From the human T2T-CHM13v2.0 reference genome, Homo sapiens: a stretch of 64,000 nt of DNA. The notes beneath the pieces are model-generated. The model worked only from the letters and a program-made list of their open reading frames with translations, searched no databases and had not been told where the DNA came from. The translations under genes were made by a program, and so were the position numbers. Position 1 is the stretch's first letter; each line of letters begins with the position of its first letter. Positions 11,401 through 25,210 of the stretch are shown in pieces. Where the stretch lies: NCBI RefSeq assembly GCF_009914755.1, contig NC_060930.1; one strand, written 5' to 3'.

Positions 11401-12561
11401 AAATCAAAGTTAATTATGTATAAAAAGGGAATATGCTGCTATGGGCACCACAATAGTCTCCACAGCTCAGTATCTTGCTTTTATATATTTCATAAAAGAA
11501 TGTGAGCTATAGAGGAGAATACTATGCATATAGAAGTGGAATAGAAGAAAAATTGAAACATGTTTCCTAATGACAAATAGATGATACATATGGATATTAA
11601 ACTGAATAACTTCCTCTTTGGCACGGTAGGGATTATTATTTTTTCATTATTAAATTAAACGTGGTAGCTAGATGTGAATCCAAGAAGCTACAAAATGAGA
11701 AGTTCCACAATGTCATGGGGTAAGCAATACTAGGTGCCAGGACATCCGGGTTCAATTCTTACCATTTAGCCATGAAACCGTTATTGTCTTGACCAGTTTG
11801 TTTTGTACAATAGATATAAAAAATGCCCCCACTTAGTTTATGTTCGTAGGTTCTTAGTAAGTGAAATAAAAGATAGATGTACATGTATTTGGAAAAGAAT
11901 ACAATTCTCTAGAAGAATAGTGTCTAAAAATAAGTTTCCAAGTATGCATACGTGTTTGCAAAGTTGCCTACATTTATACAAAAGAAAGAGAGGAAAGAGC
12001 TCATGGCAGAAATGGTTCAGGATCCCATTTTCTTACATAAAGAACAGGGACCATGGAGATTCAACTGGTTCGTATTAGTGATCTCCATTCATAGATGAAC
12101 TGTCACCAGTAGAGCATATTACTGAGAGGAGAAAGAATCATCATGCTTACATCCATGAACAAAATGAAATCCCAGACAGGCTTTATCTGAAACACCAAGA
12201 CATTGAAAGGAAAAGGAAATACCCAAATGCTGGCTGGCTTTTGCAGCTAGTTACTAGCCATCTATATACAAAGACATAGAAATTGTAGTACATGTATTCT
12301 GAATTGCTATATCCTTCTAGAATCAACAGCAAAAAACAGATATACTCAATCACATTTGAAGGATAAAATTTTCCATTAGCCTTATTATCTTTTACATATG
12401 TAGATGTCTCTTTTCAGTGGGAGTCAAAGTTATTTACAAACCACAAAATGTATTTTCTAATTCTTCTTCCTATCTATCAAAAACACAAAGGAATACAAAA
12501 ACCTTGGCAATGCAATGTTCTTATTAATTGCAGAAAATTTTCAAAGTATATTCAATTCAAC

Positions 12562-12564
<3 letters not shown>

Positions 12565-12593
<29 letters not shown>

Positions 12594-12857
12594 GACCAAG
12601 TCTCACTCTGTCGCCAGGCTGGAGTGTAGTGGCACAATCTCGGCTCACTGCAACCTCCACCTCCTGGGTTGAAGTGATTCTTGTGCCTCAGCCTCCCAAG
12701 TAGCTCACCCAGCTAATTTTTGTAGTTTTAGTAGAGACAGAGTTTCACCATGTTGGCCAGGATGGTCTCAATCTCCAGACCTCGTGATCCACCCGCCTCG
12801 GCCTCCCAAAGTGCTGGGATTACAGGTGTGAGCGACTGCTCCAGACTACGTCCAGCC
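12565..12857 (-). mobile_element. Alu (AluSc-like) with an internal ~23 bp deletion
   Basis: Poly-T followed by an antisense Alu body. TSD CAATTCAA(C/T)AACTTT at 12553 and 12858. Confidence 0.95.
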
Positions 12858-13019
12858 CAATTCAATAACTTTTAAGTTAAGTGAGTATGATTTGTGTTTA
12901 TTATGCTGAATATGTGTAAGAAATATACAAAAAAATCTACAAAGACACAATCCAAGTAGGGCACCAAAGCAGGTGAAAGTAAAGACGGTATAAGACAATG
13001 CTTATACAACAAGAAAATT

Positions 13020-13450
13020 GCCATGTCAGATGGCCTTAGGTATGAAGAAGACATTTGATCTGAGCCTTTCAGAAGACTTTTACCAGGTGTAGGCTGGAAG
13101 CAGACATCCAGGGTTAGGGTGCACTGTAAGGAAAAGTATAAGAATAGACTGGAACAGAGCTTTACAGGGAAGACTGGAGAGCATAAAATGGATAGAGGCA
13201 GAAATGAGAGCCTACACAGAGGGACACAGTTTATAAAAGATATTGAAAGCCAAGCTACCAATTTTAACAAGATGTTTCAGCTGAACCATTGAAGGATTTT
13301 GAAAGTAGCCATTCTATAAATGAAGCTGTGCTTTAGGAAAATTCATCTTACATCACTGTGGGATCAGTTTGAACAGGGAAAGACTCGAGATCATGACCAA
13401 TCAGAGATGACTGCACTAGGATAGGCAAGAGGTACAGCAAATTAGGACAG
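13020..13450 (-). mobile_element. L2 fragment
   Basis: GACATTTGATCTGAGCC...CCATTGAAGGATTTTGAA...GCTTTAGGAAAATTCATCT, typical antisense L2. Confidence 0.6.
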
Positions 13451-13499
13451 AAATGTAGGAATGAGACAGAAAGAAAGACATGGCAAATGGTGCAAAAGA

Positions 13500-14192
13500 A
13501 CAGGCAGAATTTTATTCTGCAAGTATATAATATCTGTGAAATCACAATACTGTAAATGATGTTAATTTGTTTTGTTTTATAATTAACTGACAAATTATGG
13601 AAAATCTCTGTTACAAGAAAAGAGAAGGGCAACACTGTTCACTTTCACGATATCAAAATAATGGCATTGCTATCAGAGACCAGGAGGCAGAACAGGGAAG
13701 AGGTGATGGAAAAGCTGTGAGCGTTAATGTCCTTATCTCTCCTGATGAGGGGTCAAGAAATACTGCTCATGTTTGATCAGACAAAAAGTAGAGGTCTAAA
13801 CAGAGTTATTGAGGTTCTAGAGTCAACCAGTGAAGGCATTAAAGCTAGTATCATAACTAGGTTGGGGGAAGCTGGAGAAGGGATGGTGTGAGCAATATAA
13901 ATCCTCATACGAGGAGGTCGACAACACCTACAGTTGATAAATTGAGAAATAATAGCACAAATACATTCTTTAGAGCTATAAATCTTACCAAAAGGCCAAG
14001 AAACAAAGAAAGAGAGAGAAAGACACAGAGAAAAAAGGAAGGAAGGAAGGAAGGAAGGAAGGAAGAAATAGTGAGCATGCCTGGGATGGGGCAAGGGGTT
14101 GTTATTTTGTCACAAATTCTTCTATAATCATTTGATTTTGAACCATGCACATACATTGTTTTGATTAAAAATATAAATTAAAAATTTTAAAA
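13500..14192 (+). mobile_element. Old L1 (L1MC/L1ME-type) 3' UTR fragment with a GGAA-rich patch at 14005-14067
   Basis: Ends ATTTGATTTTGAACCATGCACATACATTGTTTTGATTAAAAATATAAATTAAAAA and lies between two L2 pieces. Confidence 0.55.
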
Positions 14193-14194
14193 AC

Positions 14195-14490
14195 TGAATT
14201 TATGAGATTTGACAACAGTTTCAACAGAAAAGGAAGAGTCAGAGGATGACTAATTTTCACATCTACTTTACTGAGAGTTTGGTGAGTGAAACATTAATGT
14301 TTGTGAAGGAAATCAGAAGAATGAAAGATTTAGAGCAAGGTGAGATAGGGAGTTTGGTTTCACACATAAATTTAAATGTTAAAATGAGCCTTAATGCACT
14401 CATGGCAGATGCTACACAGGATTGTAGTCAAGCACTTGGGCTGCATGAAAGAATAGATTCATTGCTCGGAGTGAGTTATTTCAATGTTTA
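14195..14490 (-). mobile_element. L2 fragment (continuation)
   Basis: GGAAGAGTCAGAGGATGACT...GAGTTTGGTTTCACACAT. Confidence 0.5.
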
Positions 14491-14958
14491 AATGAAAGTA
14501 TAGTGAAGAAAATATCAACTTGCTTAGTTTGTTTTCCATACCATCATAACCCAACCTGACATAGAAAAAAAGATGCTGAAAGATCCCATAATAGTTCAAA
14601 TAAAGAGAAATATAGAACACCCATCTTGTGTTCCTGCTTCTGCTGAAGTTCAATGAGTTTAGCCTAAGTTAAGCTAATAGAACAAAAGAGCAGAGACAGA
14701 GAGACAAAAGGAAGCATTGTACATTTTAACTAAAAATATATAAATTACAGTATTGTGTTTTAAGCAGCACCAATTATTCTGAGCCATTTTGAAATGATAT
14801 CGAATACAAATGTACAAATGATCAAACAATTAAACAGCATCAGATCATAACCTCAGTCAGTATTTGGATTATTGTAAAATTCTATTAGAAACTATATCGC
14901 TGATGAGATATACATTACATACCTAACTTTTATTAACCAATTCAAATGGCCAAGAATT

Positions 14959-14963
<5 letters not shown>

Positions 14964-14999
<36 letters not shown>

Positions 15000-15005
15000 C
15001 ACACA
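14964..15005. repeat. (TA)n(CA)n microsatellite
   Basis: Read directly from the sequence. Confidence 0.95.
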
Positions 15006-15323
15006 GGCACAATCAAGCTGACAAAATGTTTTTCCAAATCAGTAGAATCCCTCTGTTGTCCTGGAACTAAATAAGTTTTTTGTTTCTTGAAGAAAGTATG
15101 AGAGATAAATAATGTTATTAAGAAGAGAAAAATCCTTGCAACCAGATTGATCTTCATAACCAAATCATCTGCTTTCTTAAAACACTCTGGTGGTGAAATA
15201 AAGAGTCTGACTCCATTTTTTAATTTTGATGTTGGATCAATGACAGCTTTCAAATTCTATCCCTCCTTTTTCCCTTCTTTTGCCCCACATCTGGGCAAGC
15301 GGGTAAGAAAACCTGAGCACTCT

Positions 15324-15876
<553 letters not shown>

Positions 15877-16142
15877 TCAAACCACACAAGCCTACCCTCA
15901 ATAAGCATGATTTTTAAAAAGTCACTCTCCTTTTACTCAAGCCATTTTGGAGTGGCTTGGGTGCCTGCCCTGCTCTCCCCAGAAAGTCTTATTATGTGTG
16001 TAATAATCTTTTTATACTCATCTGACACATGCATGTCATCATTAGTCTTGACATCCAAGTCCTTTGGGAATTGGGGATTGATCCTGCCTTCCACTCGGAA
16101 ACACAAAACAAGTGGATTTTCATTGCTCGTAAGATAAATGCA

Positions 16143-16455
16143 AAATAATAGTAATGACTAACACATAGGGCTCGCCGTGTGCCAGCTATTGTCCTAAGGA
16201 CTTTACATTTATCGAATTCATTTAATCTGCATGAAAATCCCAAGAGGTAGGTGATAGAAAATAGTATATTAATCCAAAGCCTCATGCCTTTAGCAATAAA
16301 TGAAAGTTTAACTATTATTATCAACCCCATTATAAAGTTAAAGATACAGAGATTCAAAAAGGTTAAGCAATGTTTCCAATGTCACATAGCTTGAAAGAAG
16401 CAGGGCAGGATTTGAAACCAGACCCCCAGCTTTAGAATTAACACTTTCACCCATT
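16143..16455 (-). mobile_element. MIR SINE with a ~55 bp internal insertion
   Basis: TTCATTTAATC...GAGGTAGGT [insert] CTATTATTATCAACCCCATT...GGTTAAGCAA...GGATTTGAAACCAG. Confidence 0.7.
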
Positions 16456-16539
16456 TTTTGGTAATGTTGCAACTCTGATGCACAAATGGCTCATGAAGAT
16501 CTGAATAACCTGGCATTTGCCTACCTTTGCAGATGGATT

Positions 16540-16928
16540 CTGGTACTCGCCCTGTTCCCTCCGCCATTGGGCCTTGCCTCTGCTATTTTCTCCCCTCTTT
16601 GTCAAGGCAGCTCTTATTCGACCTTAAACTCTCAAGGAAGCCTTGTCTGACCACATCCCTCCTCCCCCAACTCTCCATCTATTCCCCAACCAGTTCAAAT
16701 CTCCTTATTGCAAGCTTCGTAGTATACCATGTGCCTCTCATTGATGTTCTAATTAGTAGTGTAAGTTTGCCTTTATTTGTGTAATTATTTGACTGTTTCT
16801 TTCTCTAGTAAACCATAAGCTCAGTGACAGAAGGGACCATGTTTATTTTTACTAATTGTTATATTTTATCAATGCCTGGCACCGAAATAGGTCCTCTATA
16901 AATGTTATATTTGCTGAATAAATAAATA
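16540..16928 (+). mobile_element. L2 3' end
   Basis: GGAAGCCTTGTCTGACC...TAAGCTC...AGGGACCATGT...TGCCTGGCAC...TTTGCTGAATAAATAAAT. Confidence 0.75.
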
Positions 16929-17419
16929 ATGCACAGACATTTCCATTTCACCCAGTAATGTACATTGCCCATAACTGGACTGACCCCTTTAGCAGAAATT
17001 TATAAGCAAATGGGCTTTGTGGATTGATAGAGGTTTTGGTTTTTTTTCTTTAACTCTGGAATTGTAATTCCTATAGTTACTTTGGGGTTTTCTAGGGGGG
17101 AAGAAGGCATGTGTTTCCTCTTCTGGGGTTCCTTTTACGTCTTTTATGAAGTGATTACACACTCCAGTACTGCGTAACTGGGGAAGGCCCGCTGGGTGCC
17201 ACTCCAAGCAGACTGGGGAAGAGATCAGGACCAACCTCTGCAACATCCACAGTGTACTCACTGCTCCCCCGTGCCCAGGCAAAGATGGTCCATCAGAACG
17301 CATGTATGTGCATAAGTGTATGGTTCTGATGTGCTGAGATCTCTTTTACTGTTACCTAATTTTTCATCTGGAAAAATCCAGTAGTGGAGAAAGGTCAAAG
17401 TGGGCACTAAATTTAATTG

Positions 17420-17612
17420 GGTGTTCACTATCTTTCAAGTGCTTTTCATAATTTTGAAATTGTAAAATTGAATATTCACATGTCACTGATGCAGCTAATA
17501 TTATCTCCATTTTACAGATGAGAAACTGAAGAACCGGAGTCGTGTGCTTACTAAATGGCAGTGAGTAGGCCAGCATTCAGATTCAGGTCTGAATGGCTCC
17601 AAATGTCATGTT
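17420..17612 (-). mobile_element. MIR SINE
   Basis: ATTATCTCCATTTTACAGATGAGAAACTGAAG core. Confidence 0.75.
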
Positions 17613-18375
17613 CTCTCTGTCTCAGGGTGATGACATCATCCTGTCTCCTAACTCCAAAAGGAAAGACTCTTATTGTATCAGGATACAGGAAATTAGATAC
17701 CAAAAGGGAGACCCTAAAAATTTTTAAGGCAACTTTGTGGCCTCACTAAAAAATTCATTTTTAAATACTGTGAAGAGATATTTTTACCTATTAAAAGAAA
17801 AGCTTTCCCTGTTATATTTAACAATTTTTTAATTAATAATTGCTCAAAAGGAAAACAGGTGTCCTAATTGCTAAAAATTCTTTTTGGAGATGAATAGAAA
17901 AATAAATAAGTGGATAAGTAGCTCTTTCTTAAAATAGGATGATGATAAAAAGCCCATATTTAACTCCTTGTTAATAGGAGAAAAGAAACAAATGAGGGAA
18001 ATGGAAATAAAAGGCTATGGGATTCAGAAATAGATTCTAGGAAAGAGAACCTTCCAGAAAATAGAAAGAAAGAAGTAGTTGAAACGGAGAATTATGAGTT
18101 GGATTCCTAAGTTGTGAGGGCAATCCCCAGAGTGAGAGGTCTAAGTCACAGGAGGTAGGTAGAAATCAGAGTGTGTTCCCACAGGCAGGAGGCAGCCGGT
18201 GGCTGCACAAAGATTCTGAATGGAAGCTCTGAGAATTAGTCTTTAGTGGACTGCTGAGAGCTTGTCTTTGATGGACTGGTGGCATGTGATAACATCATCA
18301 GAACAGGCAGGGAGCAGGAGTTAGCATCACTTCCTGTGCTCTTCCACTACTAAAAATAAAAGTACAGTTTACCCT

Positions 18376-18394
18376 AAGAGCCACCTGGTGGATG
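18376..18394 (-). promoter_or_regulatory. Candidate CTCF motif
   Basis: Minus strand reads CATCCACCAGGTGGCTCTT; the core CCACCAGGTGGC fits CCASYAGRKGGC. Motif match only. Confidence 0.4.
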
Positions 18395-21300
18395 CCTAAA
18401 TGTTCCCTGCGCAGATCTCACTCAATCACCTTGCCTTTTCAATAAAGGGAAACTGAAAGAGAGAAGGAAGGCATACTAAGTCCAGCACATCTCATCATGT
18501 GGCCTTGGAATGATAGATGAATAGGTGTGTGCTGTTTGTTAAAAAACATTCAGTCTGAGTGTAACTCGGGAGACATTTAAGTAGATAATTAATCAGTTCT
18601 AGGCCATCCATCCCTCACAAGGTTCAGGGGGCTGTACCCTTTGCAAGGCTTTTATTTCTACTTTATTAATTTTTATTTCTGTTCACCAAAAACAAAGGCA
18701 GTATTTATCTTTGCACTTGAGAAATTCTGGCACATAATGCATCACTGTAAACATTCATTCAATGTAGGCAAAACCAGAAACAAAAGTTTGTGTCCACATA
18801 ACAAAATTCATATGAGCGTCATAAAGAACGAAAAGCAATCTAGGTTTGATTTAGAACGGCTATCAGTATCAATTGCATTCTCTAAAAACAAATGTCTAAC
18901 ATATGAAAAGTACTCAGTTGTATGGGCAACTGACTAAGGAATCAAACTAGCTAATATGCAAATGAAAGATTCGTTTTTGAAAAATGGTGTTGTTTTGAAG
19001 TATATTTGACACCGAAATCCTAAAGGAATTTGTTTACATTTTGGTTCCATGACTTGGCCCTGGAGACACTTCCCCCTCAGAGAAGTCTATAGAAAGTTGA
19101 GTGAATGTAACTTTTCACATGCAAATATTATAGTGACAAGGAAATTCTGGCAGTGAAATTTTGTACAGTACCAGAATCTAGAGATTTATGCTAGACTTCA
19201 CAGGAAACATCTTGTTCTTCACATCCAGTGCTTGCAGAAGCAGGGATGTCTTAGAATATATAACCATATATTAGTAATGTTCTGCGGTGAAGAATACCAG
19301 GTGTATGGCCCATGGACAAGCAGTCAGATATAAACGGAAGGCTGCTGAGCCCAGATACCTAAATGTCGGCTTCCTTCACTCAGTGGTCTGTGCAGAAATT
19401 CCCATGTGGAATCAGCAAAGGAACATATTGGTGTACCTTGGAACAGCTGACGTTTTCATGAATGCCTACTAGGAAACAACTGGTGATAATGAAACCTCCT
19501 TGTCAGAAACTCTTCAGCTGTTCTTTTCACCTAGCCCTGGCCTTCTCCACTCAATTTAATTGTCTTTCCCAGCTCCCTCTACCAATTTTTATTTGTTATT
19601 TTTGTATTTTCTTGTTGGGGGCAGTGAGGTGAGAAGGGGAGGTGGAAACAGTAGAAACACAAAGGAAAAGACCAACTGGAAAATTTACCTTTAAATTACC
19701 ATAATACTAGATGATAAATGAGTTTATGTAAAAAGATGCCTACTCTAGAAACAGTGACATTTTTGCATTGTATGATTAGTTTGTGGAGTGTGTGTGCCTG
19801 TGGTCTTGAGAACCTTCGAAGTGCAAGGATAGTATTTTTATAAATGTCAGTTTTACTTCTCTTTCTATTGTGAATGCATGGGAGTTTTGGAATCTGGTAC
19901 AAATTTGCAGGAAAATTAACCTAACATACAGAAGTGAGCCTACTTAGTGTCTAGAAAATCTGCAGAACTGGTCTCTCCATGCACTAGAAGATTCTGCTTG
20001 TAATGTAGGTTTAGAGGATTCCAAAGTAGGTCCTAATAGCTTCCCCCTGGGTCTGACTTAACTGCAGTGCAACCACTTCCATAGTCTTGTCAGCCCCCGC
20101 GTCATTCTTCTTTTCTCTATAACTAGTCTCACAGTCATTAACTACTCATTATGAGTAATTCAATCTGCATATTTTCATTGGGAATACTTTTTATATGGTA
20201 GGAAAGACATATTAATGCCCCATTATCAAGGCTTAAACAAAGGTCCTACATCTGACGTTTCACAGGACATTAAAAAAATTTACCTCTAGAGCACAAACAG
20301 AATGTGGCCCAGATCGTCTTAAAACATCTCAGTCACCCATGTGAGAAGCGTAACCAATTTCAGCAGCACACCTATAAGGGAGAAGCAAAGATGTCCCTAC
20401 TCAAAATTACTTTCACAATTAACACAAAGTGGCATCCTTCGTCGCAGGCCCTAGAAGGGGGCTGTGCAGTCAATGAGGTTTTATCTTTTTGGTGTCTGAG
20501 GAGAGCTTTGGCAGCAGAACAGAGCCAAGGTGTCAGAAGGACCTGAATCAGGAGAAACAGTCACTGCGTTCTGGGTTTTGTGATAAAAGTCTATTAACAG
20601 ACTCCAGGGCCAACAACACAAAACCTTTCCCAGATATTCTCTCGTTGTTAAGGTCTTGTAATGGATTCTTTTAAAGGTACAAACTTTTAATTGTTACGAA
20701 TTTGAAGTTATTTGGTAGGTCACAGATTTCCATTGAACCTACTGCAGGAAAATTTCTAAAGTAAACTGTTATAATTCTTTGTTCTTAAATAAAGTGTTCT
20801 TTATCTCTAAGGAAGCTGATAATATGATAGGTGCAGCCTTAAGGACTAATTATACTAAATAGCAGGGCATAACTCAAAAGAGAGACTACATCTATTATGT
20901 AAAATTCCCTAAAGAAACATTAGAAATTTTACATGCATTGATTGCTAGTTAGCATTAGAAAGACATTTATGAGGTGACTTCACCAAAGCCACAACTGTTT
21001 GCATTAGCAAGCAGACAACATAAGCTAACTGATAAGAATGCGGTGATATAATGCAATTAAGACAGTTTTGTCTGTTAATTAGTGTTTTCCAACTGTCAAA
21101 AAAAGATGGCTTTTAGGAGCCAAACTTATTTTACTGATTAAAAATTAGAATCCATCTTGCAAAGCTGCAACGGACCTTCTTTTGATCTAATTAAAGGAAG
21201 AGTGTGCATACTCAAAACTCATGCTTCTCTGACATAAATTAACATATTCATAAATGAGATAGATATTTTGCAATTAACATGAGACAACAAGAATAAAGCC

Positions 21301-21801
21301 TAATTAGTAAACATGTTTTCTTTATTAACTTGCAGGTCAAGCTCTGTTTTATTATAAACCAGTAATGATAGAACAGAGTAATTTCTTTTTCAAAGAAAAA
21401 ATTATTGGCTCTGAAATTGTGTGGCACTGTATCATAGAAATGTGATTCGATTCTTCATTTCCAGACACCTGTTAGCTCATAACCAGAAGTATACACAACT
21501 GCTGTTTTTTATGCTCGACTGGAGAATTTCAGCCCAGAGCAAGTTTATGGGCTTCCTGAAAGAGTCCAATTTTACACTTATAACCTTAAAGGCGTTTTTA
21601 CACTGCCTGTAGACACCAAAGGCTCTCTTAATCCTCTAGTGGATATGCTTCCTTCGATGTTGTGCCTTCACGGTTCTCATTAGATGAATTTCTTGGTTAG
21701 ACTTTCAGTCAAAAAGAAGCAGCCTCGGCTCGCCTGTGTACCAAGTATAAATGTCTACCTGCCAAACTAGGTTATTGATTAGGAGCATATTATGGTTGCT
21801 T

Positions 21802-21808
21802 TATCTAT

Positions 21809-21839
<31 letters not shown>
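21802..21839. repeat. (TATT)n microsatellite
   Basis: Read directly from the sequence. Confidence 0.95.
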
Positions 21840-22287
21840 GTCCAAACAGTTCCTAGAATCCGATGTCAACGGTCTCTTTCCTCAACCCATTTATCCCCAC
21901 ACTTCACTCTTTTCTGTCTGTCTAGGCTTAAAATGAAGCCAGGACGTCCCCTAGAAATCAATACACAGAGGAGAATATGCCTCCAACCCTGAGAACGTGT
22001 CAGATCCTGACTGGATGCCAGGCCATGGCATCTAGAAGACCAGGGTATTCCAAGTTGAAATAAATGTTCCAGGTACCGTCTCAGGGAAGAGTTTAATGTA
22101 AGAACACAAAGATCCCCTCAGGCACTCACATAGTCTCTTAAGGGTGCTATGGATCAAAGACAACCCAGATCACACAAGTTATGTGCTCAGCAGCTGTTTA
22201 GCACTGTTAATTAAACAAAATCTCTATTTTTCTTGCCTCACACTGAAAACACCATTGCTCATTGCTGCATTCTCTGCCTCAGAATGC

Positions 22288-22407
22288 TTCTGTTCTTTCT
22301 TTTTCTTTCTTCCTTTTCTTCTTTCTTTCTCTTTCTTTCTTCCTTCCTTTCTTTCTCTCTCTCCTTTCTTTCTTTCTCTCTTTCTCTCTTTCCTTTCTTT
22401 CTCTCCT
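22288..22407. repeat. Polypyrimidine (TTTC/TC)n low-complexity tract
   Basis: Read directly from the sequence. Confidence 0.9.
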
Positions 22408-22559
22408 AAAGGCTACTGTTTTCTAAATTCTTCACAGACTGATTCAAACTACACATTTATTTTTCTGATTTTCTATCACATATATCATCTCTACCACACA
22501 AGTACTTTGTTTTTCCTGATTGCTTTTTGCTTGCTAAAATGATCTTCTCTGCTAGACTA

Positions 22560-22770
22560 TAGGAATAAGCAATTTGGCACCTCCATGTTCAATCAATTAG
22601 AAACTGTGATCTCAGAAAAATGTGTGGGCTGTGGTGTGCCTCAGTTTCTTCATCTGTGCAATGAGGATGACAATGGTACCTACTTCCACAAGGTAACATA
22701 CTTGAGGAATTTAATGGAATACCTGGTAGATATTAAGTGTTCCACTGGTGCTATTTATGTTATTATTTGA
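22560..22770 (+). mobile_element. MIR SINE
   Basis: GTGCCTCAGTTTCTTCATCTGTGCAATGAGGATGACAATGGTACCTAC core. Confidence 0.75.
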
Positions 22771-24929
22771 AATGTTCAAGGAGCCTAGCATATCATTTGA
22801 CATCTATTCATTTCTCAATAAATCCCTTTCTCGTTAACTACGTAATTTCCAGCTTAACAGAACCTAAGTATCTTGGGGTAGAAAGGACAACACATCCAAT
22901 TAATCAGATAAGTGTTCACTGAGTATTTATTAATGTTGTGTGCTGCCGTTTAGGAAAGCAGTGCCTCTTCTCAGTCTATTCGACTGGATCTGGGGCAGCA
23001 GAGTAGCTATGGGGGCACCTAGGCCTCCAAATCTGGAGGGACACATAAAGTTAATCCAAGGAGTAAGTTGGTTAGTCTCACCCTTACAGAACATAAACAC
23101 ACAGTGTAGTTCATTTAGGAGAATAGCTTGAAGTACAGATATTTTTATGCCACAATTTAATTTTCCTACTAAGTAAGAAAAACCTGTCTCTTCTGACGTG
23201 GTCTGCTGCTGATCAGAATATTCTTTTGAAAGTATTTTAGGACAAGGGTCAGGGTAATGTCATACTAAGGTTCCAACCTCTTCTCAGACATGAAATATTC
23301 ATAGATTTCTATTCAGATTTGCTCCTTTCATGGCCTCAACCTTCCTCTTTACATTCCAAATTCAACACGAAAGTTTATCTTTAGGTAGCCAGCCTTTTTT
23401 TCAGCGATAAAGGTCAGTTTTGACCTTGCTTTACTGACAGTTATCATTGCTATCCAGGATTCAGTTAATAGACCCCAGTAATACCGCACTAGGAATAAAA
23501 GTGGCTGGAAAAAAAAATCACACAGGTAAAAATTTATATGCAAAATAAGAAAAAAAGCATCAACATTTCCCTCCTGTTACCTTTATTTATTTGAAAAAAT
23601 GTCATGAGAAAAAGAGTCTTAGACTTAATCTCCTTCAATCAATGTCAGCCACATTACAACTTAATGGGAGTTTATACTGCATAATATTATTTTCTTTGTA
23701 TGAACCATTTTCTGATACCTTACATTTAGTTAAATGATTTATCCATGTACATTTTACATGAAGATAAATATGAGAAATGGTTTCTGCTTATATTGAGTGG
23801 GATAAGGAAGCAACTCTAAAATACAAAGTCAATTGGCTTAGCCTCTCAGGCCCTGATGTCAATAGCAGATACATATGTGTACAAAGAAAATCTATCTGAA
23901 TAGCAATAGGGACCTGAGGGATAATATATATTTTTCTTATGTCTTTCTTCATGGCAACTCAGAATGCCCTCTTCTGCACAATGTCTTCTTACTTGTCACT
24001 AAACTCTTGCTTTAGTTGTTAGGCATGTCATCACCAGGATGCTCACTCTTTGCTTCTTTACAAGTTCTAACTCCAGGTAAAAGTTACTATGGTGCTATGG
24101 AATTTACAATTGGGTGGTTGGGTTTAGTTGGTAAGTTACAGAATAATACTTGTTGTCCAAAAACAATTTTGCTTCCCATGTATAGCTTATACAACCTTAT
24201 ACTTTTGTAAATTTGGAACAGGTTATGTGATTTTTTTAGATGTCTAACTGGAAACCCGCCAACTTATGTTTAGATTTGTAAAAATGATGATTCTCCAGGA
24301 AAAATGTACAACCTGAGAATTTTTCAGATTCTGTAATCCAAAGTTTCTTACTTGTAGAGGATTTTTTTTTTTTACCTAAGGCTGGATAAAATCCCAATTC
24401 ACCTATTTTGTTGTCATTTTTTTAATTTTTTGTTTTCTTGCTTTTTTTAATTAGAAAAAAAATATGTATTCATTTGAAAGAAAAGTAGCAGCTGTTTCCA
24501 AATTCAGCTTCTGCATGCTATAGAGAGAGGAGCACACAATCTACCCAGCATCAAAAAGATTTTCAGCCAACTTCAGTCTTACCTCCTAGCCTGCATTTTA
24601 TTCCTTATGATCACTCATGGAGCTTCAGACGATTCCATTTTTGGCAAACAATCAACTGAAACAAGTCATGATGAAGTAGGGCCTAACGTTGACACAATTT
24701 TCACTAAGCAAAAATACATTTGGAAAAAAAAATATGGTCTCTTTTGAATAGAAACCCTTATTTATAAATTTTCTTTATTTAAATAATATACCCTCAGTGT
24801 ATACTGCAAAGCACAACATAAATGCCAACCACACTGTGAAGTCTTTTGCTCTCCCTCCAGGCAGAATTAATTGCTCTTGCATTAGGATTCTCACAACAGG
24901 GTTCTTGTACATCTAGTTGGCACTTTTTT

Positions 24930-25210
24930 CAGTCGGCTTTGAAATTGATTGTTCCCACGTCTGGCTCCCTCCCTGAACCATAAGCTCCTTGATGGCAGAT
25001 TCTCTGTATCAATCAGTGCTTAGCCTCCACTCAGCCTTTGGAGCAAGGCTATCCTCTTAGAGACTTCTCATATGGTTATTTTGCTTCTCTGTCTTCTCTC
25101 AACTAGACTTAGAACTTTGAAGGAAGTCAGGAAATATTTCTTCCCCTTTGGTTCCCTGGGCCTCATATAACCCGAAAGACACAGTAAATATTTGCTGAAT
25201 GAATGAATAA
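24930..25210 (+). mobile_element. L2 3'-end fragments (two adjacent)
   Basis: CCATAAGCTCCTTGATGGCAG, then ACTAGACT...CAGTAAATATTTGCTGAATGAATGAAT. Confidence 0.6.

Noticed and set aside
20447-20466. CTCF-like CCCTAGAAGGGGGCTG
   Set aside because: About three mismatches at informative positions; too weak without ChIP data.
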